Below are positions 10,467-20,647 of a DNA stretch of 64,000 nt, one piece after another. Source of the stretch: Cryomorpha ignava (GTDB taxonomy: Bacteria > Bacteroidota > Bacteroidia > Flavobacteriales_F > PHOS-HE28). The DNA lies in assembly GCA_040391235.1 (NCBI GenBank), contig JBEBYG010000014.1, forward strand, positions 24,020-88,019. Direction: 5' to 3'. Below the pieces are notes generated by a model. That model was not told where the DNA came from and searched no databases. It was given only the letters and a program-made list of their open reading frames with translations. Within the stretch, counting starts at the first letter, position 1; each line of letters opens with the position of its first letter. The position numbers and the translations under genes are program-made.

Positions 10467-10600
10467 GGGAGTGGTTTTTGCGTTGGACAAATGGCGTTCC
10501 GCTACCATCGAAGGTAAGGTGGCTGAAAAGCGAAAGGGGATTGTATATGGATAGAATTGTCGCACTATATACAGGTCCAACAGGCGCTCACGACAGATGC

Positions 10601-10699
10601 TTGCCGAGTGCGTAAATGGTTAGGGCCTCACCCAACCCAAACTGAGATGCAGATGGGGGTAGTCGGGCCGGAGGCCCTAAGGCGCCGCCCACTCGGCAA
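10601..10699. repeat. Interrupted long inverted repeat / possible structured RNA
   Basis: TTGCCGAGTG (10601-10) pairs with CACTCGGCAA (10690-99); TTAGGGCCTC (10620-29) pairs with GAGGCCCTAA (10671-80). Confidence 0.6.
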
Positions 10700-10763
10700 A
10701 AAGTCGAGCGCGAGCGCACGTGTGAGACGCGGGCCGGAGGGTCGAAAGCGGGTGTTGAAACGC

Positions 10764-12815
10764 TCAACTGATCGCCTGATCCACTACCGCATCATCCGCT
10801 TCCTGCGCCACGGTCACCTTCAACTTCGGCTCGCGTTTCATTGCTTCCTGGATGCTCCATTGCGCATTCGGGTTGCGTGCCCATGCACGACGTGCGATGC
10901 CGTTGTTCACATCCCAGTGCAGCATGCTCTTTAACCTGCGGTCGCTGTCCGTGCTGCCGTCCAGCACCATCCCGAAACCGCCGTTGATCACCTCGCCCCA
11001 GCCCACGCCGCCTCCGTTGTGCAGGCTGATCCATGTCGCGCCGCGGAAGGCATCGCCCACGAAATTCTGCACGGCCATGTCCGCTGTGAAGCGCGATCCA
11101 TCGCGGATGTTGCTCGTCTCACGGTACGGTGAATCCGTTCCGCTCACATCATGGTGGTCGCGGCCCAGTACGATGGGTGCCGAGACTTCGCCGCTCTTGA
11201 TGGCGTTGTTGAATGCTTCAGCGATACGCATACGTCCTTCCGCATCGGCATAGAGGATGCGCGCTTGGCTGCCCACCACCAGCTTGTTCTGCTGCGCGCT
11301 GCGGATCCAATGCAGGTTGTCCGCGATCTGCTGATGGATCGCTGGAGGAGCCTCCTTCAGCATTGCTTCCAACACATCACCGGCAATGCGGTCGCTGGTC
11401 GCGAGGTCCTTCGGATCGCCGCTGGTGCACACCCAACGGAACGGCCCGAAGCCGTGGTCGAAGCACAGCGGACCCATGATATCTTCAACATAGCTCGGGT
11501 AGCGGAATTCTCTGGCGTTCTCGGCTGCGCTCGAACTGACAACAGGACCGATGTCGGCACCGGCGCGTTTGCTTTCCAGTAGGAAGGCATTGCCGTAATC
11601 GAAGAAGTACATGCCCGCGCCGGTCAGCGTGTTGATCGCTTTCACTTGGCGCTTCAGGCTTTCCTCCACGCGCAATTTGAATGATGCCGGGTCATTCACC
11701 ATCAAGGCGTTGCTCTCCTCGTAGCTCAGGCCCACCGGGTAGTAGCCACCTGCCCAAGGGTTGTGCAAGCTGGTCTGGTCGCTGCCGAGATCCACGTGGA
11801 TCTTCCGCTCCGCCATGCGCTCCCACAGGTCCACCACGTTGCCGAGGAAAGCGAGGCTATGTGCTTCACCTTTCTTCTGCCATGCCAGTGCGGCATCGAT
11901 GCATGCGTCCACATCTTCGATCACTTCATCCACCCAGCCTTGGCTTTGGCGCTTGTGTGCTGCTGCGCCGTTCACCTCCGCGCAGATCGTCACCACGCCG
12001 GCGATGTTGCCCGCCTTGGGCTGTGCGCCGCTCATGCCGCCGAGTCCGGCCGTCACGAAAAGCTTGCCCTTGGTGGTCTTGTCCGCGCCCTTCAACATGC
12101 GGCAAGCGTTCAGCACGGTAATGGTGGTGCCATGCACGATCCCCTGCGGACCGATGTACATGTAGCTGCCGGCGGTCATCTGGCCGTACTGGGAAACGCC
12201 CAACGCGTTCATGCGCTCCCAATCATCGGGACTGCTGTAGTTCGGGATCACCATGCCGTTGGTCACCACCACGCGTGGGGCTTCGGTGTTGCTGGGGAAG
12301 AGGCCCAGCGGATGGCCGCTGTACATCACGAGCGTCTGCTCCTCGCTCATCTCGCTGAGGTACTGCATCGTGAGCCTGTACTGCGCCCAGTTCTGGAACA
12401 CCGCGCCATTACCGCCGTACGTGATCAGCTCATGCGGATGCTGCGCCACGGCCGGGTCCAGGTTGTTCTGGATCATCAGCATGATGGCTGCGGCCTGCCT
12501 GCACTTCGCAGGGTAGTCGCCGATCGGTCGTGCGTGCATGGCTCCGCTCGGGCGGAAGCGGTACATATAGATGCGCCCGTGTTCCTTCAACTCAGCGGCG
12601 AATTCCGGAGCCAGCACGGCGTGGTGCTTCTTCGGGAAGTAGCGCAAGGCATTGCGAAGTGCGAGCTTCTTTTCCTCCGCGGAAAGGATGTCCTTGCGCT
12701 TGGGTGCGTGCGGCACGGAAGGGTCCAGTGGCGTGGCTTGTGGAAGCTCGCTCGGGATGCCTTCGCGGATGGAGGTTTGGAAGAGGTGGAGGAGGGTAGT
12801 GGGATCGGTCGGCAT
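10764..12815 (-). CDS. hutU: Urocanate hydratase (long form)
   Basis: ELITYGGNG, YGQMTAGS.MYIGPQGIVHGT, GLGGMSGAQ, SDQTSLHN and GRDHHDVSGTDSP motifs. Confidence 0.97.
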   Translation of the reverse strand: MPTDPTTLLHLFQTSIREGIPSELPQATPLDPSVPHAPKRKDILSAEEKKLALRNALRYFPKKHHAVLAPEFAAELKEHGRIYMYRFRPSGAMHARPIGDYPAKCRQAAAIMLMIQNNLDPAVAQHPHELITYGGNGAVFQNWAQYRLTMQYLSEMSEEQTLVMYSGHPLGLFPSNTEAPRVVVTNGMVIPNYSSPDDWERMNALGVSQYGQMTAGSYMYIGPQGIVHGTTITVLNACRMLKGADKTTKGKLFVTAGLGGMSGAQPKAGNIAGVVTICAEVNGAAAHKRQSQGWVDEVIEDVDACIDAALAWQKKGEAHSLAFLGNVVDLWERMAERKIHVDLGSDQTSLHNPWAGGYYPVGLSYEESNALMVNDPASFKLRVEESLKRQVKAINTLTGAGMYFFDYGNAFLLESKRAGADIGPVVSSSAAENAREFRYPSYVEDIMGPLCFDHGFGPFRWVCTSGDPKDLATSDRIAGDVLEAMLKEAPPAIHQQIADNLHWIRSAQQNKLVVGSQARILYADAEGRMRIAEAFNNAIKSGEVSAPIVLGRDHHDVSGTDSPYRETSNIRDGSRFTADMAVQNFVGDAFRGATWISLHNGGGVGWGEVINGGFGMVLDGSTDSDRRLKSMLHWDVNNGIARRAWARNPNAQWSIQEAMKREPKLKVTVAQEADDAVVDQAIS

Positions 12816-12895
12816 GCCGCGAAGTTCGCTACTACGGAGATCTTACCGGGCGGCACTGAGGTGGAAACGGAAGATCGTCCCGGCACGCCAAAGCG

Positions 12896-14926
12896 CTACA
12901 GCGTAAACACCACGTGGGTGTAGATGTTCCGGCCCATGCTGGGGATGCCGAACCAGTCGGAGAAGGTGGTGTAGTACTGGTCCGTGATGTTGTCCACGCC
13001 GAGGTTGACGGTGAGCTTGTGCTTCTTCAGGGAGAACTCGCGGGAGACGGATAGGCCGCCGGTCATGTAGCCCGGCTTGCTGCTCTCGCCGAACTCCGGA
13101 CTGGGCCGGTTGGGGGTGCTACCCAGCACGGAGGCCTCTGCCACGTATTTTTTCTTCTCGTAGTGCAAGCGGGTGCGGAGCTGCAGTGGCTGGATCAGCG
13201 GCAAGGGGTTGCCGTCGCTGGCCTCCCCGTAGCGGTACGAGGCATCGCCGAAGAGCTGCCACGTTTGGTTGAATTGGTACTGCGCACCCAAGCCGGTGTT
13301 GATCAGCGTGGCATGGGGCAATTGTTCGTAGACCTTCACACCGGCTGCGGTCATGTTCATGGGCAACAAGCCTTCCCGTGGCTTGCCGATGATGTAGTCC
13401 AAAATATGGAAGTAGGAGACGGTTCCTTCCAATTGCAACTTACCGTGTTTGTAGGTGCTGGATAGCTCCGCGGAAAAGGAGCTTTCGTTGCGCATGTGCG
13501 GGTCGCCGATGTAGTCGTAGTTGTCGTTCGCGTTCAGCAGGTAAAAGCCATAGCCCTCGGAAACGGAGGGAGCGCGCTCGCTGAAGCCCAGGCCCACTCG
13601 GTTGGTGAAACGCCCGTGGTGGCGTGCCAAGGAGGCACCGGCACTCGGAAGCATGCGTTGCTTGGAAGCGGGCAGGTCGACGTAGAAAAGCTCCAAGGAC
13701 CGGCGGCCGAATTCGCTACCGATGGTATTCTCATGAAAGCCCAACCCGGCGTGCAGCGTGAGGTCCAGATGGGAGTTGAAACGGATGCGGTCCTCTCCAT
13801 TCAAGCCGCTATACAACGTGTTGACGTCCGGCCAAGTGAGCATGAACATGGTGGGCTCGGCGGGGTTGTTCGGGTGCATCGTCATCTCCGCCAGGGAGTT
13901 GTTGCGATGCCCGGACCACGTGGCCTTGATGTTGTGTTTCCCCGCCGATGCGTAGATCTTGGTGTAGAAGCCTTGGGTGGTGCTCCAGCCGGGCATATCC
14001 ATGCGGATGGGCACATCGGGCCGCTGGCTGTCGTCCATCACGTGGGTGATGGTGTTGTAGTACACCTTCGTTTCCCAGAGGCTGATGCGGCCGCTGCGTG
14101 GGAGGTGCCGGTACTGCACAGAGCCGATAAGGGCCTGTGCGAGGGATACGTCCATGGGCAGGCCGGGGTAGCCTACGTCGGTGGCTTTGTCGAAGATCAA
14201 CGAGGCTTCCACTTCGTTGCCCTCGCTCAATTTGTAGCCGGTGATGGCCGAGAGGTTGTACTTGGTGAACTGGGAATGCTCCACTTCGGAAGAGGCGCCG
14301 GAGCGGTGACCGGCCTTATAGTTGGCTGCATCGCGATAGGTGAAGTCCACGTCGGTGTAGAAGGACGGGCTCGAGTAGTTCAATGCGGTGCCGAGGATGC
14401 GCTGGCTGTTGTTGCCCTCGAATCCGGCCGAGGCCGAGCCGCCGAAACTGCGCTTGGTCTTGAAGCCGGACCGGCGCCTCTCCAGGTCGATGGAACCCGC
14501 GATGGTGCCGCCGTGCTCGCCGCCTGAGGCGCCGCTCTTGATTCGGGCGCGGGACAGGTTGGAGGTCTCCACATAGGACGTTACCGGGTCCATCTTGTCC
14601 GTGCAGGCGCCGTAAATGCGCATGCCATCCACCGTGATCACGCTGCGCTCCGTGGCCATGCCGTTCAGCATGGGTTCCCAAGCATAACAGCCGCGCCGGA
14701 TCATGTTCACGGAGTTGGACTCGCCGAGGTAGCTGTCCAGCGAACCCAAGGGCTTGCTGCCATGTGCGTGGCAGTCCTGGCCGGTGGGCAAGATCACCAC
14801 ATTCTCCAGCTCCAAGGGCATCGTGCCTATCGGAGGCTCCACCAAGCTATCCGGCACCGATTGACCGAACAGCGTGGAGCTCGCCATCAACAGCGACATG
14901 GGGAATGCCAAGAGCCGCACCTTCAT
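12896..14926 (-). CDS. TonB-dependent receptor, OprC-like copper receptor
   Basis: Signal peptide; plug with GACTDKMDP (CxxxM) and barrel HVMDD (HxM); C-terminal NLGVDNITDQYY..GRN.Y..VVFTL. Confidence 0.85.
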   Translation of the reverse strand: MKVRLLAFPMSLLMASSTLFGQSVPDSLVEPPIGTMPLELENVVILPTGQDCHAHGSKPLGSLDSYLGESNSVNMIRRGCYAWEPMLNGMATERSVITVDGMRIYGACTDKMDPVTSYVETSNLSRARIKSGASGGEHGGTIAGSIDLERRRSGFKTKRSFGGSASAGFEGNNSQRILGTALNYSSPSFYTDVDFTYRDAANYKAGHRSGASSEVEHSQFTKYNLSAITGYKLSEGNEVEASLIFDKATDVGYPGLPMDVSLAQALIGSVQYRHLPRSGRISLWETKVYYNTITHVMDDSQRPDVPIRMDMPGWSTTQGFYTKIYASAGKHNIKATWSGHRNNSLAEMTMHPNNPAEPTMFMLTWPDVNTLYSGLNGEDRIRFNSHLDLTLHAGLGFHENTIGSEFGRRSLELFYVDLPASKQRMLPSAGASLARHHGRFTNRVGLGFSERAPSVSEGYGFYLLNANDNYDYIGDPHMRNESSFSAELSSTYKHGKLQLEGTVSYFHILDYIIGKPREGLLPMNMTAAGVKVYEQLPHATLINTGLGAQYQFNQTWQLFGDASYRYGEASDGNPLPLIQPLQLRTRLHYEKKKYVAEASVLGSTPNRPSPEFGESSKPGYMTGGLSVSREFSLKKHKLTVNLGVDNITDQYYTTFSDWFGIPSMGRNIYTHVVFTL

Positions 14927-14990
14927 CGCGGAGGCAGATTGGTGCTTTTGGAACTACCCGAACTGGATCCCATGTGTAGCCTACAACGGA

Positions 14991-15860
14991 TCAGAATGAC
15001 ACCTTGAAGTGAACGCTGCTTTCCAGGTTGGTAGGCGTTACTTCTTGTCCGCCGATCACCGTTCCGGTTCCGTCCTCCAGCATCAGGTTGATCTTCCAAT
15101 AGCCCGTCATGGAGAAGCCGACCATCCCGTGGTAGAAGCCATCCGCTCCTTGGGTCAGATCCACATTGCCCGGGGCGCCGTGGTTGCCCATGCCCGGCAT
15201 GCGGGGGTCCACTCGGATGGTGTACCCGTCCACTGCAGGGAATTCCGTGTCGCTCACCCTTTTGTAAAGGCCCACGACCATGTCGTTGACCCCACCAATG
15301 GGGTTGCTGGGCTCCACCAGGGCTAACAGATACATCACACCATCCGTGCCGGTGGTGGAAGTGTATTCCTTGTGGAACTCGCTGTCCGAGGCCATCACGG
15401 TCACGGGCATCACCACTTCGTGGGGGCCGCTTCCGGTATCATAGGTGAAGGTCAATTCCCAAAAGCCCATCATGCTGCTGGCCATGTTGAAGACCACAGA
15501 GCCTTCGAACAGAGTGGCGTCGCTGGATGCCGCGGTGAATGCCGCGTGTGGGCAGCTGTGCTGGTGCGTGGTGCCGCCCATGTCCATGGTCATCATCGGC
15601 ATCCAGCCCAAGGTGGCATTGCTTACAGCGCTTCCGCTGCCATTCTTTATCCGGACGGACAGCGCGTTGTAGCCCACCTTCAACTGGCCGCTTTTGTTAT
15701 ATAGTTCCACGGTGTAGTTGCCGTCCGTGGCGGACTCTATCAGTTGCAGCCCTGTGGCGGTAGGGGGTTGTGGGGTGGGCTCTGCGGTTTCATCCTTTTT
15801 GCAGGAGGAGAATGCGGCCAAGCCGAACACTACGAGCAAGGAGCGGGTGAGGAGCTTCAT
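14991..15860 (-). CDS. Met/His-rich lipoprotein with two YtkA/FixH-like domains
   Basis: Lipobox FSSC followed by KKDE; WMPMMTMDMGGTTHQHSCP and DPRMPGMGNHG motifs. Confidence 0.8.
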   Translation of the reverse strand: MKLLTRSLLVVFGLAAFSSCKKDETAEPTPQPPTATGLQLIESATDGNYTVELYNKSGQLKVGYNALSVRIKNGSGSAVSNATLGWMPMMTMDMGGTTHQHSCPHAAFTAASSDATLFEGSVVFNMASSMMGFWELTFTYDTGSGPHEVVMPVTVMASDSEFHKEYTSTTGTDGVMYLLALVEPSNPIGGVNDMVVGLYKRVSDTEFPAVDGYTIRVDPRMPGMGNHGAPGNVDLTQGADGFYHGMVGFSMTGYWKINLMLEDGTGTVIGGQEVTPTNLESSVHFKVSF

Positions 15861-15992
15861 TTGGAGAGGTGGGTGGATGGCAACGGGGTGCCGATTTCGG
15901 ACAAACTTATCCCAAACGGATCAGTGCAGAACTGAGCAAGGTCAGGGGAACAGTGGCTGTTGGCGCAGCCTGTAAACGTGAAATCCGAACGG

Positions 15993-17465
15993 CTATCGGG
16001 CGATCACGAAGCGTAACGGTCCAATCCCCGCCATCTTCAAGATGTAGAGCCCTGGAGTCAGGCTACTCACATCGATACGTTCCGCAGGGGAGAAGGTCGT
16101 ATGCTTTAGCAGCACTTGCCCGGTCGTATTGAGAATAGAGCAGACCGTGCCGGGAGGAACGGAGCTTAATTGCAAATGATCACTGGCCGGGTTCGGGAAG
16201 ATCCGTTGGCCGGCCATGTCTTGATCCTTCACACCGAGCAGTATATCATCCGGGGTGATCGTGCCGATCGTATCTCCGCCCAGCACGGCGCCGTTCAGTA
16301 TGTACCTCTCACTCCGCTCTACAAAGTTGGCAATGAACCATTCCAATCCGATGCCGGCGCTGTATCTCACTCCGCAGTCCGGTAATGCTCCACCAGGACA
16401 GAAATCCACGGGTTCGTAATACTCCAAGTACCCGTCCTGAGCAGGTTGAGGGTATTGGTCGAACAGAAAGTATCCACCTTTCAGCTTCCGGCATCCGATC
16501 GTGTAGCGGTTTGCACCGTCCATTCCATGCTCACTGACACACCACGCGGGACTGTCGTCCGGGGATACCCGGTGCGTGTTGCGGACCAATTGACCCGGAT
16601 AAGAAAAGAGCAATTCCGGCCAAGGCAGTTCCTGCACGCCCGCATGCCAAGTTGCCTCTTCATTCAGGTAGCCATGCTGATAGATAATTGGCGATCCTGC
16701 GTCCATTTGGGAATAACCTACGGTATGCCCGGTCATCCATCCAGAATACAGGACGGCGCTATCCTGCGGTATGCCATCAGTGTCGAAGGTGTATTTATAG
16801 TCAACGGAGTATCCGTGGCATCCATCCATGTAGACGCATTCGCCATATGCTTTTGAATATTCAACAATGTCTCCCGCCGTGTAAGGGAAAAAGTCCGCGA
16901 ATTCGGGGATCGTTGTGCCAACACCAAGGCCGTTGATCCCGATCAACTGATGACCTGTGGGCCAACGCAGTATTCCATGATCACGACCGATCACGACACT
17001 ATCCCCGGTTGAAAGTTGGATCGCTCGACGTTCCTCCAGCGCATCGAACGGGGTGCCGACCAAGGTGGGACCCATTGTCGCCCAAACACTGTTCAACGTG
17101 TCCATCAGCCAAGTGGTACCATCTGACGCTTCAGGAATGAGCACGTACGATACGCCGCTCTGCAAGTGCCAGACGCCTTGCGACCGGGTCACTTGGCCGC
17201 CAAGGAATTGTGGTTCATCCAAGCGGATGAACACGGAGTAATTCCCGGATCCGCAGGTATCACACACCAAAGCGATCCGGTTCAATTCATACCGGAAGCT
17301 GTCCACTCCGAGTGTGTCCACATGCGTCACAAAGACCTGATTGCTGATCGTGTCAGTGCCGTCGTTGCTGTAGTTGTACTTGTAGTCCGGGTTGATCAAG
17401 GCCCAGTTCTGCGCGGAAAGCACGCCACACGAAAGAGCACAACAAAGGAGTAGAAGCTTGCGCAT
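15993..17465 (-). CDS. T9SS type A protein, unknown function
   Basis: Signal peptide ..LSAQ; Cys-rich middle region; CTD IFPNPAS..GLYIL. Confidence 0.85.
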   Translation of the reverse strand: MRKLLLLCCALSCGVLSAQNWALINPDYKYNYSNDGTDTISNQVFVTHVDTLGVDSFRYELNRIALVCDTCGSGNYSVFIRLDEPQFLGGQVTRSQGVWHLQSGVSYVLIPEASDGTTWLMDTLNSVWATMGPTLVGTPFDALEERRAIQLSTGDSVVIGRDHGILRWPTGHQLIGINGLGVGTTIPEFADFFPYTAGDIVEYSKAYGECVYMDGCHGYSVDYKYTFDTDGIPQDSAVLYSGWMTGHTVGYSQMDAGSPIIYQHGYLNEEATWHAGVQELPWPELLFSYPGQLVRNTHRVSPDDSPAWCVSEHGMDGANRYTIGCRKLKGGYFLFDQYPQPAQDGYLEYYEPVDFCPGGALPDCGVRYSAGIGLEWFIANFVERSERYILNGAVLGGDTIGTITPDDILLGVKDQDMAGQRIFPNPASDHLQLSSVPPGTVCSILNTTGQVLLKHTTFSPAERIDVSSLTPGLYILKMAGIGPLRFVIAR

Positions 17466-17627
17466 GGTCGCTCGTTTGAATACAAGATAGGGGGAGCGGG
17501 CGAAACGCTGCCTGAGTCATCGTAGAAAGCGCTTATCCACAGAAGATCGTGAACTGGTTCACCACGAATTACGGTCATTCCCGTACCACGGAGCCGTGAG
17601 TTTTACCGGCATCCAAAATAAGCGACC

Positions 17628-19259
17628 ATGAAACTCATTACATCCATTGCCGCTATAGCCTTGTTGCTTCAAGCGCCACTCGCATCCGCCCAGTCACCTA
17701 TGCTCGTCCGGGACTTTTATCCGGGAGAGGTAACACCAACGATCCTGAACCATGGGGGGCCTAATAGCTTCCGCATTCACAACGACCGCTTGTTGCTGTC
17801 CGCCAGCGATGGCCCGACCTTGGGGAAGCTCTTCGCCTTGAATGATCTTTCCGGCAACGTGGAGGAGTTGGCCCATGTGGGGGGCGTTGTAGGCTATACC
17901 ACTACCAATGGAGGCATAGTTACGAGTGGCGATAACATCTATTTCTTCACCCAGGTCGGACTTAACTGGGTGCTTTATTGCGTGCAGAATAGCGGAGTGG
18001 TAGCCTTGGCCACCTTGCCCCTCGAGTTCGTGTTCTATCATGCCATGATCCCGTTGCCCAACGGCAGGATCCTCTTTTCAGGGCACGACGAGACGCATGG
18101 TTGGGAGCCTTGGGTAAGCGATGGCACCGTTGCAGGAACGCAGATGGTAAAGGATGTTTCCGCAGGCTCCACTACCAGCCTTGGTAGTCCCTTCCCCTTG
18201 TTCCAAGGTTTCGATTTTGGCGGTAAGGCATACTTTCTGGCCAATGACGGTAGTAATGGAATGCAGCTGTGGTCCAGTGATGGTACTTCGGCGGGCACCG
18301 CGCAATTCGCAGCTATCAACGACCCCACAGAAAGTGGGGCCATCACCTTGGAATGGTCCAAGAACGATGATCGTTTCATTGTGTCCAGCACTCAAGGCAT
18401 ACTGGCATCCGATGGTACAACCACTGAATTGATGCATCCCGCTACCATGCAGAAGGTGTACATCCCAGGCCTCAACTATACCGTGAGCCCCGAAGGCTGG
18501 ATGTACTTTATAGCGATGGAGGATCCATGGCGCTTTTACCGGACCAAGGGAACTCTTGCCACTACGGAAGCCGTGTTGAATGCCAGTGAACCCCAGATCT
18601 ACTCTTTCATGGCTGAGATGAACGGCATGCTGTATGCTTTCGCCACCCCCAGCGGAGGCAACACAGAGCTGCGACGCCTTGACCCGGTAGCAGGAACGGT
18701 CAGCACAGTGAAGGTGTTCTCACCCATCACCAATAGTTCCGGTAGCAACAATAATTTCTTCGGCTTCCGCGTGTTGGGCAGCCACATCTATTTCTGCGCG
18801 ATCGAAGGCGATTCCCATCGGCAGTACTGGCGCAGCGATGGTACCACAGCCGGCACGGGGATGATCTCCAACTTCCAGCCGACCCCAGTGAACGGAGGGC
18901 CCAATCCATCCTCGAACAACATGATCCCCTTCGCCGGTCATTTCTTGTTCACTGCCAACAGCGAGGTAGTGGGGGTGGAGCTATTCGCCGCGCAAGGCAT
19001 AGTGGGCATTTCCGAGATCGAAGCAGCCAACAGCACCATCCATGCATGGGTGGACGGCAGCGGATCTCTGGTGGTGCGTGGTGCCGAGCCCTTGGGCACC
19101 GTACGTGTGCTGGACGGTACTGGGCGTGAAGTGGCCCGCAAGGACCAAGTTCGCAGCGAGCAAGTGCGGATCGCGCTGGGTCAACGATCCGCGGGTCTGT
19201 ATCTCATCCGGAGCGAGTACCAAGGCCAAGTGCGCCACACGAAGGTGGTGCTGGATTGA
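17628..19259 (+). CDS. ELWxxDGT-repeat beta-propeller protein with T9SS-like CTD
   Basis: EPWVSDGT, QLWSSDGT and QYWRSDGT repeats; signal peptide; C-terminal GLYLIR..KVVLD. Confidence 0.88.
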   Translation: MKLITSIAAIALLLQAPLASAQSPMLVRDFYPGEVTPTILNHGGPNSFRIHNDRLLLSASDGPTLGKLFALNDLSGNVEELAHVGGVVGYTTTNGGIVTSGDNIYFFTQVGLNWVLYCVQNSGVVALATLPLEFVFYHAMIPLPNGRILFSGHDETHGWEPWVSDGTVAGTQMVKDVSAGSTTSLGSPFPLFQGFDFGGKAYFLANDGSNGMQLWSSDGTSAGTAQFAAINDPTESGAITLEWSKNDDRFIVSSTQGILASDGTTTELMHPATMQKVYIPGLNYTVSPEGWMYFIAMEDPWRFYRTKGTLATTEAVLNASEPQIYSFMAEMNGMLYAFATPSGGNTELRRLDPVAGTVSTVKVFSPITNSSGSNNNFFGFRVLGSHIYFCAIEGDSHRQYWRSDGTTAGTGMISNFQPTPVNGGPNPSSNNMIPFAGHFLFTANSEVVGVELFAAQGIVGISEIEAANSTIHAWVDGSGSLVVRGAEPLGTVRVLDGTGREVARKDQVRSEQVRIALGQRSAGLYLIRSEYQGQVRHTKVVLD

Positions 19260-19286
19260 AGAGGGCTTAGCTTATTCCTGAAGGCT

Positions 19287-19544
<258 letters not shown>

Positions 19545-19643
19545 TTATTCACAATTGGTGGTGCACAGCTCAGTGGACAGGTTGTGAATAGGCCTCTGGA
19601 ACCCCAGTAGTTTCGGCCCTTGCGGAATTTTGCGTGCTTGACA

Positions 19644-20627
19644 ATGAAGATCCAACAGGTGTTGAAAATCTCCTTGGCATGGGTGTTGATCACCATGCTG
19701 GCTCCGGTGCAGGCCCAAGCGGACAGTGCCGATCAGACCCCGGAGCAGTACATCGCCAAGTGGAAGGATGTGGCCGTGAAAAAGATGAAGGAGCACGGCA
19801 TCCCGGCGAGTATCACCTTGGCGCAGGGCCTGTTGGAAAGCCGCAACGGTAACAGCGTCCTGGCTACGGAAGGGAACAATCATTTCGGCATCAAGTGCAC
19901 ACCGGATTGGACCGGTGGCAAGGTGTTCCACGACGACGACAAGAAGAACGATTGCTTCCGCAAATACCGCAGTGCCGACCAAAGCTTCGAGGACCATTCG
20001 AAGTTCTTGGAGCGCCCCCGCTATGCGCGGTTGTTCGAACTGAAGCCCACGGATTACAAAGGATGGGCCCACGGCCTGAAGCAGTGCGGCTATGCCACCG
20101 ATCCGCGCTATCCGGACAAGCTCATCAACATCATCGAACGCTACAAGTTGGATAACCTGGACCGCGGTGTGGATGTGAACTATGCCAGCAAGAGCGCCGC
20201 ACCGGCCAAGCCAGCCCACAAGCCATCAAAGAATGCCAGCAGCCGCGGTGACGATAACGTGGTGACCATCGGCAATGCCCGTGCCGTGGAGTTGTTCGAT
20301 GGTCGCATCAAGTTCGTGCGGGCCAAGAAGGGGGAGACCGTGAAGGACATCGCAGCGGAGATCCAGCAGATGCCGGGCTTGGTGGCCAATTGGAACGATA
20401 TGCCCAAAGATGGCCGCTTCGAGGAAGGCCAGGTGGTGTACATCCAACCCAAGCGGAACAAGAGCAAGCAATTGGAGAGCTGCATCGCCGATAGCGGTGA
20501 AACGCTTTGGGTCATCAGCCAGCGATACGGTGTGAAGCTGAAGAAGCTGGAGAAGTACAACCACATGGGACCGAACGATGCCGTGACAGGGGGGCAGAAG
20601 GTGTGGTTGCAGAAGCCGAAGAAGTGA
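19644..20627 (+). CDS. GH73 glucosaminidase-domain peptidoglycan hydrolase with LysM-like domains
   Basis: IPASITLAQG.LES, NNHFGIKC, FRKY, GYATDPRY motifs; C-terminal ETLWVISQRYGV..L.KYN. Confidence 0.9.
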   Translation: MKIQQVLKISLAWVLITMLAPVQAQADSADQTPEQYIAKWKDVAVKKMKEHGIPASITLAQGLLESRNGNSVLATEGNNHFGIKCTPDWTGGKVFHDDDKKNDCFRKYRSADQSFEDHSKFLERPRYARLFELKPTDYKGWAHGLKQCGYATDPRYPDKLINIIERYKLDNLDRGVDVNYASKSAAPAKPAHKPSKNASSRGDDNVVTIGNARAVELFDGRIKFVRAKKGETVKDIAAEIQQMPGLVANWNDMPKDGRFEEGQVVYIQPKRNKSKQLESCIADSGETLWVISQRYGVKLKKLEKYNHMGPNDAVTGGQKVWLQKPKK

Positions 20628-20647
20628 GGTGCTGAGGTAGCCGCAGA

